Below, one piece after another: positions 1 through 10,152 of a stretch of DNA of 64,000 nt. The translations under genes and the position numbers were made by a program. The DNA is taken from the NCBI GenBank assembly GCA_038870975.1, contig JAVZJD010000001.1, positions 800,001 through 864,000 of the forward strand. Reading direction: 5' to 3'. The first letter of the stretch is position 1; every line of letters begins with the position of its first letter. Source of the stretch: Candidatus Bathyarchaeia archaeon (lineage in GTDB: Archaea > Thermoproteota > CALKCG01 > B24). The notes under the pieces are model-generated. The model was not told the DNA's origin, did no database searches, and saw nothing but the letters and a program-made list of their open reading frames with translations.

Positions 1-2
1 CA

Positions 3-608
3 GGTGTTAGATGTTGGGTTGAATTTCAACACATTTACGGTATAGCAGTCTGCCATATTCTGGGAAGACTAACAGATACTGGAATGCTATGTGCCTGTGA
101 GTCTGATATATACGGTGCTTTAACAATGCTAATACAGTATTTGGCTTCGCTTGAAACAACTCCTCCACACTTCGTAGATTGGACTATACGGCATCCAGAG
201 AAAGACAATCTCGTTTTGATGTGGCATTGTGGTAATGCACCTGTATCTCTCGCATGTCCAGAATGTCCCATAAACCTCAGATATCACAGTATTCTCTTCA
301 GAGACGTAGGTATAGATAGGTCTCATGGAACTGCGGAGTTCAAGCTTAAATCCGGCGTCGTAACCATAGGTAGGCTTACAGAGCATAAAGGTGAATTTAA
401 AATGCTTATAACACGTGGTAAAATCGTAGAAACCCCGCCGTATACTAGGGGTGCGTATAGTTGGGTTGAAGTTGAAGATTTAGATAGACTCTACAGGGTT
501 CTCGTAGAGGAAGGATTTGTACACCATGCGAGCATGATCCATGGAGATTATACGGCTGAAATTAAAGACGCGTGTAAATTCCTAGGAATTAAACCGGTAG
601 TCGTTTAA
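3..608 (+). CDS. L-fucose/L-arabinose isomerase family protein (5'-truncated by window edge)
   Basis: Frame is open from position 3 (GVRCWVEF...ACESDIYG...WHCG...GFVHH); these motifs are typical of the fucose-isomerase-like C-terminal region. Confidence 0.8.
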   Translation, partial: GVRCWVEFQHIYGIAVCHILGRLTDTGMLCACESDIYGALTMLIQYLASLETTPPHFVDWTIRHPEKDNLVLMWHCGNAPVSLACPECPINLRYHSILFRDVGIDRSHGTAEFKLKSGVVTIGRLTEHKGEFKMLITRGKIVETPPYTRGAYSWVEVEDLDRLYRVLVEEGFVHHASMIHGDYTAEIKDACKFLGIKPVVV

Positions 609-641
609 CGGAATTAAGTCTATGTTCGACGGTGTTTAACT

Positions 642-1643
642 TTGAGCATAACAGACCTTAAGATAGGCTTCATAGGATGTGGAGGTATAGCCCTCCACCA
701 TTTAAATCAGCTTGTAAGCCTAGGTGTTAAGCCAGTAGCCTTCTGCGATGTAGATAGGGCTAGGGCTTCATCGTTTGCTCAAAGAGTTGGAGCAGGCTCT
801 GTCTACACAGATTACCATGACATGTTTGAAAAAGAGCGTTTAGACGCGGTTTGGATATGTATCCCACCCTTCGCTCATAAAGACGAAGTGACAGTAGCTG
901 CTGAGAAAAACGTTAACGTTTTCATAGAAAAACCCATAGCGCTTGACATAGCTACAGCTAAATCTATGGTTGACTCAGTTCGTAAGTACGGCATTAAAAG
1001 CTGGGTTGGCTATCACTGGAGACAGTATGATGGCATCCAGAGGGTACGTACAGTCCTCATGAAGGAGGGCGGTAGAATAGGTCTAGTTGAGGGGTATTGG
1101 TGGGGTTGGATTCCATCGACAATTGGAGGGTGGTGGATTAGAAGAGATATGAGCGGCGGCCAAGTTGTAGAGCAAACCACCCACATATTCGACTTGGCTA
1201 GATTCCTATGTGGTGAAGTTGAAACCGTTTACGCTGAAATGGATACGATTCTACATACAGACATACCGAACTTCACCATAGAAGATGTTGGGGTCTTCAC
1301 GCTTCGATTTGCCAATGGTGCAGTAGGGGTAATATCGAATACGTCTGCTGCTCAACCTATAGGCGGGGCTGTAGGATTGAAGATTGTCGCTAAAAACGTT
1401 CAGTTGGAGATAAGCTCTCAATCTGCGAGAATGTATAAAGGCATGGAGCTCACAGAGATAAGGCATTCCGTAAATCCGTACCTTGAAGAAGATAGAAAGT
1501 TTCTCAAGAGTATAGTTGAAGATACAGACACAGAGGTTCCCATAGAAGAGGGTTTGAAGACTTTAGCTGTAACCCTAGCCGCCGTAGAATCTTGGAGGAG
1601 GAAGACACCAGTTAGAGTTGGAGAGTTACTCGGCTCAGTTTAA
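642..1643 (+). CDS. Gfo/Idh/MocA family oxidoreductase
   Basis: GFIGCGGIA Rossmann motif, FIEKP motif, GGQVVEQTTH. Confidence 0.9.
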   Translation: MSITDLKIGFIGCGGIALHHLNQLVSLGVKPVAFCDVDRARASSFAQRVGAGSVYTDYHDMFEKERLDAVWICIPPFAHKDEVTVAAEKNVNVFIEKPIALDIATAKSMVDSVRKYGIKSWVGYHWRQYDGIQRVRTVLMKEGGRIGLVEGYWWGWIPSTIGGWWIRRDMSGGQVVEQTTHIFDLARFLCGEVETVYAEMDTILHTDIPNFTIEDVGVFTLRFANGAVGVISNTSAAQPIGGAVGLKIVAKNVQLEISSQSARMYKGMELTEIRHSVNPYLEEDRKFLKSIVEDTDTEVPIEEGLKTLAVTLAAVESWRRKTPVRVGELLGSV

Positions 1644-4468
1644 TCCCAGAATGGGCGTGTTCTGATATATTCGATTTCGGCTTTCTGTATTTCTTTGAGG
1701 AGTTGCTCCTCATTTTTATACGGTTTGCTCAGTATCCTTGAAGCCGTAGTAGGTCCTATCCCCCTCCCAGCCATGACCATGACTGCAAGTTTACCTAAGC
1801 TCTGGACTAGACTAGCGCTCCTCCACAACCCCATCCATGCATTTTTCACTTCTCTACTCATTTTTCTATTTTCAAGCCAGCTTTTGATTATTTTCCTAGA
1901 GTCTTGGTCGGTTGGTCTGGTGACGGCTATAAGCGTCGATTTACACCGTGGGCATCTGATTTTCTCAGGTAGGTCTGCAACTTTAACGATCGTCTCCCAG
2001 TCGTTGTTATAGACGCATATAAGTTTCACACGTGTATTCATAAGTCTGAGTTTAAGCAGTCTCAGAGTCTCACCGTCTGAGCTTGCTGGTCTAAGGACGT
2101 CCTGCGGTAGAGCTCTTTCAAGTATAGGCATAGCCATTGGTGATGGGTTTAAACTGAAAGGTAAAACTTCTACGGTTATTTCACCTCTAGCAATACCCTC
2201 TAAAACATTCATCGCTCCTTTTAAATCCAGCTTATCCACCAGTATCTCTCTGAAGGTTTCACGGAAAACCGGGCTGGCTCTATATACTTCGATGAGTGCT
2301 TTAACTCTCGAAGAATTGTAATCTGCATCTCTGCTGACTATACCAGTTCTCTTCGCTACGTGCCAGAATCTCCACTTGAATAGGTTAGTCTCAGGAAGAA
2401 CTGCTTCAAGCAATTGGCCGAGTTCTCCCGGTTTAAGTCTTTTAATTTCTTCAGCAACGTTTTGAACCGACAAGTTGAATACGCCTAGGAGGCAAATCCT
2501 ATACGGGTCTACTTGAAAACCGACTGAATAGCCCGATCTATTACTAAGTACAGCTGTCAACGCTAAAGCCAGTGTCCTGTTTATTAAATCCCCAAAAGGT
2601 ATATGTACGACTACTGTTTCTCTAAAACCTTCAACCAATATCCTTCTAGGGTTGGGAGTGGGAAAACCTGCTTTACTCTGCTCTTTCACATATTCTACAA
2701 TCTTAGATTTTGCAGACTCCGTCAACTGGTAATCCTGTAGGTGTTTCAAAGGGTCTCCACCGCGTCTAATCTCATCATAGATCTTGCTGAAGGTTTCATA
2801 AACTTCAGATGCTACTTCTCTTGATACTGGGATAAGCTCCCCTTCCCACGAAGGTATGGCGCCGATTAATTCCCCCACAGGTTCAACGTTAACTACGTTC
2901 TTCTCGTGGTCTATACTTAAGATTCTCCAAGTCTGGCCTTTCATTATGAAGATAAGGCCAGTCTCACCAGTCCCACCTACGAACTCTTGGTCTAAGACAC
3001 CTATGGTTTTCCCATCTAAAGCGTTTCTAACGGTGTATTGTTCAACGTCTGGAATAGTTGAAAGATTTTCAAAGTAGTAACTATAGGTTTTACGTGTGGC
3101 CCGTAGCTCGCCATTGAAGAATCTAACTACTCCAATGTTGTTTAATAGGCTGACAACCTCGAGAAATTCGTCCATCGTAAGCATCCTATACGGATAGGCT
3201 CGTCTAATTATACCGTAAGCCTCCTCTGCTTTTACACGTTTAAAATCGAGAGTTAAGCCAGCTATTTGATGAGCCAAGACATCGAGCGCCAGCTCATGTA
3301 CCCTATTCCTCTCAAGAAGTCCATCAAACATTCTTCTGACTATTACTGCTGCTTCAAGGGAATCTTCAGGAGATACTGTTACGATTAATCCTCTACTCAC
3401 TCCGCCTACACAATGTCCGCTTCTACCGAGTCTATGCGTGAATCTGGTGACCTGTCTAGGAGACATATACTGGATAACCATATCAAGCCTTCCAATATCT
3501 ACGCCAAGCTCCATACTGCTAGTACATATTAAAGCGTTGAGACCTCCTTCTTTAATCCCTTCTTCAGCTTCTTGTCTAACATCTCTAGATAGAGAGCCGT
3601 GGTGGACTCCTACTTTAACGTCAGACGCTAAAACCCTCAACCTTGAAGCTAGTACTTCAGAATGTTCCCGCGTGTTCGTGAATATGAGTGAGCACTTATC
3701 TCTTGCATATTCCTTTAAAATTCTAATCCTAGCCACTGCATCTGCTGGCAGAGCGAGTTCCGTAGATTTTTCAAGGTCTTCTTTTGAATGATGAGGGTTG
3801 TCGACGACTACTTCGGCGTTTCTAGGCTCTTCAACAACGGCTAAGCTCATCGGTTTCGACCCGGCTATAAACTCTGCTGCGATATTCGGCTCAGCTAGAG
3901 TAGCTGATATTCCGATTAGTTGAAACTCCCCATTTTTAATGGCTTTAAGCCTCTCTAACGCTACGGCGAGTTGTACTCCACGTTTACTGTCAAGTAATTC
4001 ATGGACTTCATCGATAATGACCCACTTTAAGCTACTGAAATGTTCACGCATAATTCTACCTGGGAGAATAGCTTGAAGCGTTTCAGGTGTTGTTATCAAC
4101 ATTTTAGGGGGTTTTAACGCCTGTCTTCTCCTAGTCTTCTCGTCTGTATCGCCGTGTCTAACATCTACTTCTAAACCTATTTTCTCGCACAGCGTTTTGA
4201 TTCTCCTTAAAAGGTCTCTGTTTAAAGCTCTTAGAGGGGTTACATAGAGTATAACTGTACCTTTAGGTTTATCTCTAAGTCTAAGATATGCTTCAAGTAC
4301 AGGTATTAAAGCCGCTTCGGTTTTACCGTAGCCAGTAGGCGCTATAATAAGAGTATTCTTACCAGATAGAATAAGTGGTATTGCCTTCTTCTGTATCGCC
4401 GTTGGTTCTTCTAAACCCACCTCTTTGAGAGCCTCTAATAGTCTATTTGTTATCCCTTCAAACGGCAT
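1640..4468 (-). CDS. lhr: Lhr-family DEAD/DEAH-box helicase
   Basis: APTGYGKT, DEVH, SAT, HHGSLS, SSMELGVD motifs and C-terminal Zn-ribbon; ATG 4468 follows a GAGGAGG RBS. Confidence 0.9.
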   Translation of the reverse strand: MPFEGITNRLLEALKEVGLEEPTAIQKKAIPLILSGKNTLIIAPTGYGKTEAALIPVLEAYLRLRDKPKGTVILYVTPLRALNRDLLRRIKTLCEKIGLEVDVRHGDTDEKTRRRQALKPPKMLITTPETLQAILPGRIMREHFSSLKWVIIDEVHELLDSKRGVQLAVALERLKAIKNGEFQLIGISATLAEPNIAAEFIAGSKPMSLAVVEEPRNAEVVVDNPHHSKEDLEKSTELALPADAVARIRILKEYARDKCSLIFTNTREHSEVLASRLRVLASDVKVGVHHGSLSRDVRQEAEEGIKEGGLNALICTSSMELGVDIGRLDMVIQYMSPRQVTRFTHRLGRSGHCVGGVSRGLIVTVSPEDSLEAAVIVRRMFDGLLERNRVHELALDVLAHQIAGLTLDFKRVKAEEAYGIIRRAYPYRMLTMDEFLEVVSLLNNIGVVRFFNGELRATRKTYSYYFENLSTIPDVEQYTVRNALDGKTIGVLDQEFVGGTGETGLIFIMKGQTWRILSIDHEKNVVNVEPVGELIGAIPSWEGELIPVSREVASEVYETFSKIYDEIRRGGDPLKHLQDYQLTESAKSKIVEYVKEQSKAGFPTPNPRRILVEGFRETVVVHIPFGDLINRTLALALTAVLSNRSGYSVGFQVDPYRICLLGVFNLSVQNVAEEIKRLKPGELGQLLEAVLPETNLFKWRFWHVAKRTGIVSRDADYNSSRVKALIEVYRASPVFRETFREILVDKLDLKGAMNVLEGIARGEITVEVLPFSLNPSPMAMPILERALPQDVLRPASSDGETLRLLKLRLMNTRVKLICVYNNDWETIVKVADLPEKIRCPRCKSTLIAVTRPTDQDSRKIIKSWLENRKMSREVKNAWMGLWRSASLVQSLGKLAVMVMAGRGIGPTTASRILSKPYKNEEQLLKEIQKAEIEYIRTRPFWD

Positions 4469-4475
4469 TCGTCTG

Positions 4476-4583
4476 CTAATCCTCCTCTTCAAATAAAAAG
4501 AGGAACACAAGATACATTATCACAACTAGAATCACTAGTATCCACGTGATCGTAGGCGCGTTTTTCAGGAGCGTCTCCACCAT
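4476..4583 (-). CDS. Small (35 aa) single-TM membrane protein, not in ORF track
   Basis: MVETLLKNAPTITWILVILVVIMYLVFLFLFEEED*; purine-rich RBS upstream; stop lies 7 nt before the lhr start. Confidence 0.55.
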   Translation of the reverse strand: MVETLLKNAPTITWILVILVVIMYLVFLFLFEEED

Positions 4584-4677
4584 TTATCTCCGCCTCTCCC
4601 AGCCTTTTTAACATTACTTTAATTAGCACACTCATAAAATTTAAAAACTACAATTGCTTATAATTCTTGACCCCGTC

Positions 4678-5283
4678 ATGAGCAAAAGTACTGTAGAGTC
4701 GAGAGAGGTTAAATTTCCACCGAGTGAAGCATTCAGGTTTAGCATCGAAAGTATAAAGAGGCGTTTTGTAAGAGCTCTAATAACCGCGGTGTCGATAATC
4801 CTAGGCATAGCCTTCTACGTAGGTCTTAGAACTATGTCAGACATAATGATCGCTATATATGGGTCTTCTGAAGCAGCTAAAAGTTATCAACTCTGGATGG
4901 CTATAATATCTTTAATCGTCTGTGCAGTTGGAATATTAAATTCTATGTTGATGGCCGTTACAGAGAGGACTAAAGAGATCGGTACTATGAAGTGTCTTGG
5001 AGCAATGGATGGCCACATACTGATGATATTCATGTTTGAAGCCATGCTGGTAGGCATTATTGGAGGCTTACTGGGAGCTATAATAGGTTGGCTTGCCGGC
5101 GTCCTCATATACATCGGAGAGCATATGAATATAGTATTCTCCTCTACGCTTCTGGTAAACTACTTCATGAGAATGGCTGAGGGGATTCTAATAGCCATGA
5201 TTTTGAGCGTTGGAGCTACGATATACCCAGCATACCATGCTGCTAGTATGGACCCAGCTGACGCTTTAAGATTCGAGCTTTAG
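4678..5283 (+). CDS. Minimal FtsX/MacB-like ABC permease (4 TM, no extracytoplasmic domain)
   Basis: ERTKEIGTMKCLGA coupling motif; C-terminal PAYHAASMDPADALR. Confidence 0.85.
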   Translation: MSKSTVESREVKFPPSEAFRFSIESIKRRFVRALITAVSIILGIAFYVGLRTMSDIMIAIYGSSEAAKSYQLWMAIISLIVCAVGILNSMLMAVTERTKEIGTMKCLGAMDGHILMIFMFEAMLVGIIGGLLGAIIGWLAGVLIYIGEHMNIVFSSTLLVNYFMRMAEGILIAMILSVGATIYPAYHAASMDPADALRFEL

Positions 5284-5358
5284 ATTTCAAAAGAAGCCTA
5301 TTGAAAAAGGAAAACCTTTTATTAACATTTTTAGTCATAAAAATAAGGTGGCTGAAAC

Positions 5359-6081
5359 TTGCGGTATGAATATACAGTTGAAACGGAAGACCTGGCTAAG
5401 TATTACCAGCTTGGAGAGGTAGTTGTCAAAGCGTTAGACGGTATCGATTTGAGGATCAGACGTGGCGAATACTTATCTATCATGGGTCCCTCGGGGAGCG
5501 GTAAAACCACGCTTTTCAACATGATCGGTGGTCTGGATAGGCCTACGAGGGGAAGGGTCTACATAGATGAAGTCGACATATCTAAGCTTGACGCATATGA
5601 ACTCGCTTGGCTTAGATGCCGTAAGATAGGCTACATATTCCAAACCTTCAACTTAATTCCAGTTTTAACGGCGCTTGAAAACGTTACGTTGCCTATGATA
5701 TTCGCGGGTGTCCCTAGAGAAGAGAGAATGCGAAGAGCTGTGGAAATTCTAAACAGAGTTGGTTTGGGAGATAGGCTACACCATAAGCCTGCTGAGCTTT
5801 CTGGAGGGCAACAGCAGAGAGTTGCAATCGCAAGAGCCTTGGCTAACGACCCGGTCATAGTCTTGGCGGATGAGCCTACTGGAAACCTTGACCTCCACAC
5901 TGGATTGGAGATCATAAACATGCTTAGGCAGCTTAATGTTGAGAAGGGTGTGACGATTTTCACAGCTACACACGACTTAAAGATGATAGATGTATCGGAT
6001 AGAATAGTATGGATACGTGACGGTAAAATAGATAGGATTGAGAAGAGGGTCGACGTAGTAGTAGGTATGGAGGAGGTTTAA
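5359..6081 (+). CDS. ABC ATP-binding protein (LolD/MacB/FtsE-like)
   Basis: GPSGSGKT, LSGGQQQR, ADEPTGNLD, ATHD. Confidence 0.95.
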   Translation: MRYEYTVETEDLAKYYQLGEVVVKALDGIDLRIRRGEYLSIMGPSGSGKTTLFNMIGGLDRPTRGRVYIDEVDISKLDAYELAWLRCRKIGYIFQTFNLIPVLTALENVTLPMIFAGVPREERMRRAVEILNRVGLGDRLHHKPAELSGGQQQRVAIARALANDPVIVLADEPTGNLDLHTGLEIINMLRQLNVEKGVTIFTATHDLKMIDVSDRIVWIRDGKIDRIEKRVDVVVGMEEV

Positions 6082-6339
6082 TAGATTATACCCTATCTAT
6101 TTCACTCCAACTATCCATAGCCTTAATGTTTTCAATTCTGCATGGTATTTTAGTCGATGCTACTCCTTCATAGGACTAATTGTGGTCTATTGATGAGCTT
6201 GTATTTGCGAAGTTGATTTACGTTAAATGTTAATTATGCGGCGATGGTAAATTCTATATGTAGGTCATGACGTTAGTAAATGTAATATTTAAGTTGAGAA
6301 CATGATATGTAGCTACGTCGCTAAAGGAGGAGTGCAAAT

Positions 6340-8268
6340 TTGAAGATGCTTCTAGTACATGCTGACAGCTTTGAGTATAAAGTCACTAGTAAGGCAATAG
6401 ATATGGCTGAACCGCTATCAGAGCATATGAAGGAGGGGATGTTCAAAGAGCTTCTAGTAGTCTTCACGACGATTGAAAAAGGAGACGATAATCTTCAAAT
6501 TCTAAAGTCGGCTGTTTCAAACGTGAAGGATGTAGCTGATAAAATCGGCGTTAAATCCGTCCTGATATATCCCTATGCACATTTAAGTAGCAACCTAGCG
6601 GAGCCGGATGAGGCTCTAAAAGTCTTAAAATTGTTTGAAGAATCTCTGAAGGAGGAGGGCTTTACTGTTTACAGGAGTCCATTCGGGTGGTATAAGAGTT
6701 TCAAACTCAGTTGTAAAGGCCACCCCTTAGCTGAGCTTTCAAGGTCGATAACAACTACGGTAGAAACTGAAGAGTCTGAGAAGGCTGAAGGCACCCCGTC
6801 TAAACTGAGGGAATTTCACAGGTTTATAGTAATGGATGTCGACGGGTCAACGTATGAAGTTAATGTCGATGAGTGGAGAAACTGCTCCGTATTCAAGAAA
6901 GAGGGGAAAATCTACAGACTTCTAGAGACTTTCATCAGGAATGAGATCGAGGGAAACCCGCCTAAGAAGAAGCCCAAACACATAGAGTATATGCGGCGTC
7001 TAGAGCTTGTAGACTATTGCCCTGAGAGCGACGTTGGAAACATGAAGTTCTACTCCAACGGTGTTTTAATAGCCGACCTCATAAGAGACTATGCGCTTTT
7101 TAAAGTGGCTCTTCCATGGGGCGCTATGAAGATACAGAACCCCTTAATATACCGTGAGAGTGTTAAAGAGATCCGTGAGCTTATGGGAGAGTTCCATGAA
7201 AGAGACTATAGAATGAGTTATGGTGGGGAGAATTTCGTTTTAAGGTTTGCTTCGGATCCTGGAGCTTTTCCATTTATGCAGAAAACAGTCTTCAGCTATA
7301 GACATCTACCTGTTAAAATATACGAGGAGGTTCAGTGTTTCCGTCGGGAAAAGAGCGGTGAAGTCGTCGGCTTACGTAGGCTCAGAAGTTTTACGATGAC
7401 CGACCAGCATTGTTTCTGTCGTGACGAAGAACAGGCTAAAGGTGAATTTAGAAAACTATGTATAATGTTTAAAGACCTCATGAATATGATAGCTCCAGAT
7501 TCATGGGTCATGGGGTGGGAGGGCGTAGAGTGGTTCTACGAGGAGAATAAAGAGTGGCTTAGAAGTTTAACTGTTGAAATGGGTGTACCTGCATTCTTTA
7601 AGCTCAGCCGCGAGATGAGCCATTACTACGCGATTAAGAACGAGTATCAGGTTATTGGAGCTGATGAAGCTAATGTGCAAATAGCAACCGTCCAATACGA
7701 TATTAAAAACGGTGAAAGATTCCAGATAATGTACACAGGTGAAGACGGAAAGAGGCATCCATGTATAATCATACACGCCTCTTCATTCGGAAGCATAGAG
7801 CGTACTCTCTACGCCCTACTCGAAGTTGCAGCTAAAATGGAAGAAGAGGGAAGGCCTCCAATGTTACCAGTATGGCTTTCACCTGAGCAGGTTAGACTTA
7901 TACCAGTCGCTGAGAGACACTTGGCGAGCTGTAATGAGATAGCGGATATACTGGAGAAATCAAATATACGTGTTGGTATAGATGATAGAGAACTATCAGT
8001 TGCTAGGAAAGTTAGAGATGCGAAAACAAGATGGGTCCCATTTATTGTCGTTATAGGCGATAAAGAACTTAAAACGGGTAAGCTTCCAGTAGTCATAAGG
8101 GATAAGTCTACTCTGAAGGAAGACTATATTAAAGAGATGTCTCTAGAAGACCTCATCGGGGAAGTTGCATCTAGATGTGCTGGCATGCCGTTTAGAAGAA
8201 TGTACGTTCCAAGGGAGTTAAGTAAAAGGGTGATGTTCGTAACTTGGGGGCATGGCAAAAAACAATAA
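6340..8268 (+). CDS. thrS: Threonyl-tRNA synthetase, archaeal type
   Basis: Archaeal N-terminal editing domain (YPYAHLS, SPFGWYK, KGHPLAELSR), motif 2 FRREKSGE, GSIER, anticodon-binding domain. Confidence 0.95.
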   Translation: MKMLLVHADSFEYKVTSKAIDMAEPLSEHMKEGMFKELLVVFTTIEKGDDNLQILKSAVSNVKDVADKIGVKSVLIYPYAHLSSNLAEPDEALKVLKLFEESLKEEGFTVYRSPFGWYKSFKLSCKGHPLAELSRSITTTVETEESEKAEGTPSKLREFHRFIVMDVDGSTYEVNVDEWRNCSVFKKEGKIYRLLETFIRNEIEGNPPKKKPKHIEYMRRLELVDYCPESDVGNMKFYSNGVLIADLIRDYALFKVALPWGAMKIQNPLIYRESVKEIRELMGEFHERDYRMSYGGENFVLRFASDPGAFPFMQKTVFSYRHLPVKIYEEVQCFRREKSGEVVGLRRLRSFTMTDQHCFCRDEEQAKGEFRKLCIMFKDLMNMIAPDSWVMGWEGVEWFYEENKEWLRSLTVEMGVPAFFKLSREMSHYYAIKNEYQVIGADEANVQIATVQYDIKNGERFQIMYTGEDGKRHPCIIIHASSFGSIERTLYALLEVAAKMEEEGRPPMLPVWLSPEQVRLIPVAERHLASCNEIADILEKSNIRVGIDDRELSVARKVRDAKTRWVPFIVVIGDKELKTGKLPVVIRDKSTLKEDYIKEMSLEDLIGEVASRCAGMPFRRMYVPRELSKRVMFVTWGHGKKQ

Positions 8269-8327
8269 TCCGACGAATAAAGGTAAAAGTTAAAATAGTT
8301 GCCTCTCTTTCTCTTTAAAGCCTGGGG

Positions 8328-8639
8328 ATGGATATAGAGATCGTGGAAGAATTTTACAACCCACTGTTAGAGCGGCGGGAGATCAAATTCCTCGTGAAGC
8401 ATCCTAGACAGCCTACTCCGGCGAGGTTTAATGTTAGACAGGCTCTTAGAGAGAAGTTTAACGTAGACTTGGATAGGGTTATAGTTATCCGATTCTTTTC
8501 TAAGACGGGGTTGAATGTTTCGGAGGGGATATGCCATATATACGACAACTTGGAAAACATTAAATACCTCGTTTCTAGACATATTCTCCTAAAAAATCTT
8601 CCACCTGAAGAGAGAGCGAAGCTTAAGGAGGAGAAGTAG
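8328..8639 (+). CDS. rps24e: 30S ribosomal protein S24e
   Basis: [13 protein letters not shown] motifs. Confidence 0.9.
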   Translation: MDIEIVEEFYNPLLERREIKFLVKHPRQPTPARFNVRQALREKFNVDLDRVIVIRFFSKTGLNVSEGICHIYDNLENIKYLVSRHILLKNLPPEERAKLKEEK

Positions 8640-8641
8640 AA

Positions 8642-8821
8642 ATGGGTAAGGAGGCTAAAGAACTATGGAAGCTTTACGAAGTCGACTATAAAAATATGCG
8701 TATAACTTTTAAAGGTAGGAAGTGTCCACGCTGTGGAAAGTTTATGGCCCACCATTTAAACCCTATGAGTAGATGGTCATGTGGAGGATGTGGATATACA
8801 GAGTATGAAAGAAAACAATAA
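8642..8821 (+). CDS. rps27ae: 30S ribosomal protein S27ae (59 aa, not in ORF track)
   Basis: [14 protein letters not shown]...[12 protein letters not shown]...[12 protein letters not shown]; directly follows rps24e. Confidence 0.95.
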   Translation: MGKEAKELWKLYEVDYKNMRITFKGRKCPRCGKFMAHHLNPMSRWSCGGCGYTEYERKQ

Positions 8822-8856
8822 TCATATTAGGTGTGGTTATGAGAAAAAGCGGGCGT

Positions 8857-10119
8857 CTAAAGTTCGTATATTGCAATAGGGTTTCTACATAGAAGGTCTT
8901 CAGCAATTTCTAACGCAAAGGATTTATCGTAGTACCCGTGTTCAACCATATCCGTCAGCGCATAGGCTAACTGCTCCTTCAGGAGGCGAACTTTTCCATA
9001 AATCCACTCGGCTACATATGCGTCACTAAAGAATGCATTAACTTTATTCCTTGGAAGCATTTGAATCCTCTCGAGAAGCCCCGCTCGCATGATATGGGGG
9101 TAGAAACTGTACCACCAGAAGCCTGAAAAATATACATTGGGGTAGTTTTTAGCTACAACGGCTATTTCATGTGACTGAATACTGTTAGCTAGGATTAAGT
9201 CGAATTTAACATCCTTAAATCTGCTGAATAGGACGTTACAGTAGTTTGTCAGAGCGTTTGGATTGAAAGCCACTATTGCGTAATCTGGTGGTGATGCGCC
9301 CGGCACAGGGCGTCTAACACCGAGCATTATCTGAAATACGATATCGTGTTCCTCGCATAAGCTTGCAACCCTGTAAATAATATACGATGAGAGACTTCTT
9401 AACTGCGCCCGTTTTAGAGGAAGCCCTTCAATTATTCTCCTTAGAGAATCATCAGCCTCTTCGGTGTTTACAAGTTTAAACTCATCTTCGGGCTGTAGGC
9501 TGACTGTTACAGTCTTAATATGTCTACTGAAGAATTTGAAAATCCTATTTAAACTCTCGTCTAGGTCTCTAAGTGCATTTATCTGAACACCTGTTGTTTT
9601 CACAAGTCTATCTAAGCTTTCCTTTGACAAACGGCTTATCAAAGGGTCTATTCTAAGGCCTCCTACGAATATCTTCGGGTCATAATTAGGTATAGGTGAC
9701 GCGTAGTCTAAGGTTATGAAAACCCTCCTTGCCTTAACTTTTCCATGCAATACTTTCTCAAACCATCTGGGGCTTTTAGAATTGGATTCAATAGTTCTTT
9801 TAACCTCATCCCAATCCTCTGGTTTAATCTTCTCTCCGCTCAATCCATATAGGTCGTTCAAAATCTTAAGTAGACACCAGAAGGTTGAGGTGTTCTTAAT
9901 AATCTCCATATTTCTCAATACCTTAGCCATATCTGCTTTCTCTAGAATGTCTCTTGGGACTCCTGCTGTAGCAAGCTCTGTCGCAATGTAATGGTAGAGG
10001 ATGATTCTTTCAGCACTATCTGCGCACGGTTTTTCAGGGTTTACATGTGTGTGAATATCGACCACGGCTATTTCAGCCAGCTTCTCCCTAATCTCATTGA
10101 ATAAGCCCGACATAGTCAT
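8857..10119 (-). CDS. uxaC: Uronate (glucuronate) isomerase-like amidohydrolase
   Basis: DIHTH metal motif, GFWWY and FFSDAY motifs. Confidence 0.7.
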   Translation of the reverse strand: MTMSGLFNEIREKLAEIAVVDIHTHVNPEKPCADSAERIILYHYIATELATAGVPRDILEKADMAKVLRNMEIIKNTSTFWCLLKILNDLYGLSGEKIKPEDWDEVKRTIESNSKSPRWFEKVLHGKVKARRVFITLDYASPIPNYDPKIFVGGLRIDPLISRLSKESLDRLVKTTGVQINALRDLDESLNRIFKFFSRHIKTVTVSLQPEDEFKLVNTEEADDSLRRIIEGLPLKRAQLRSLSSYIIYRVASLCEEHDIVFQIMLGVRRPVPGASPPDYAIVAFNPNALTNYCNVLFSRFKDVKFDLILANSIQSHEIAVVAKNYPNVYFSGFWWYSFYPHIMRAGLLERIQMLPRNKVNAFFSDAYVAEWIYGKVRLLKEQLAYALTDMVEHGYYDKSFALEIAEDLLCRNPIAIYEL

Positions 10120-10152
10120 GTGTTTTAAATGTACTATCCTCGGTTAAAGAAT

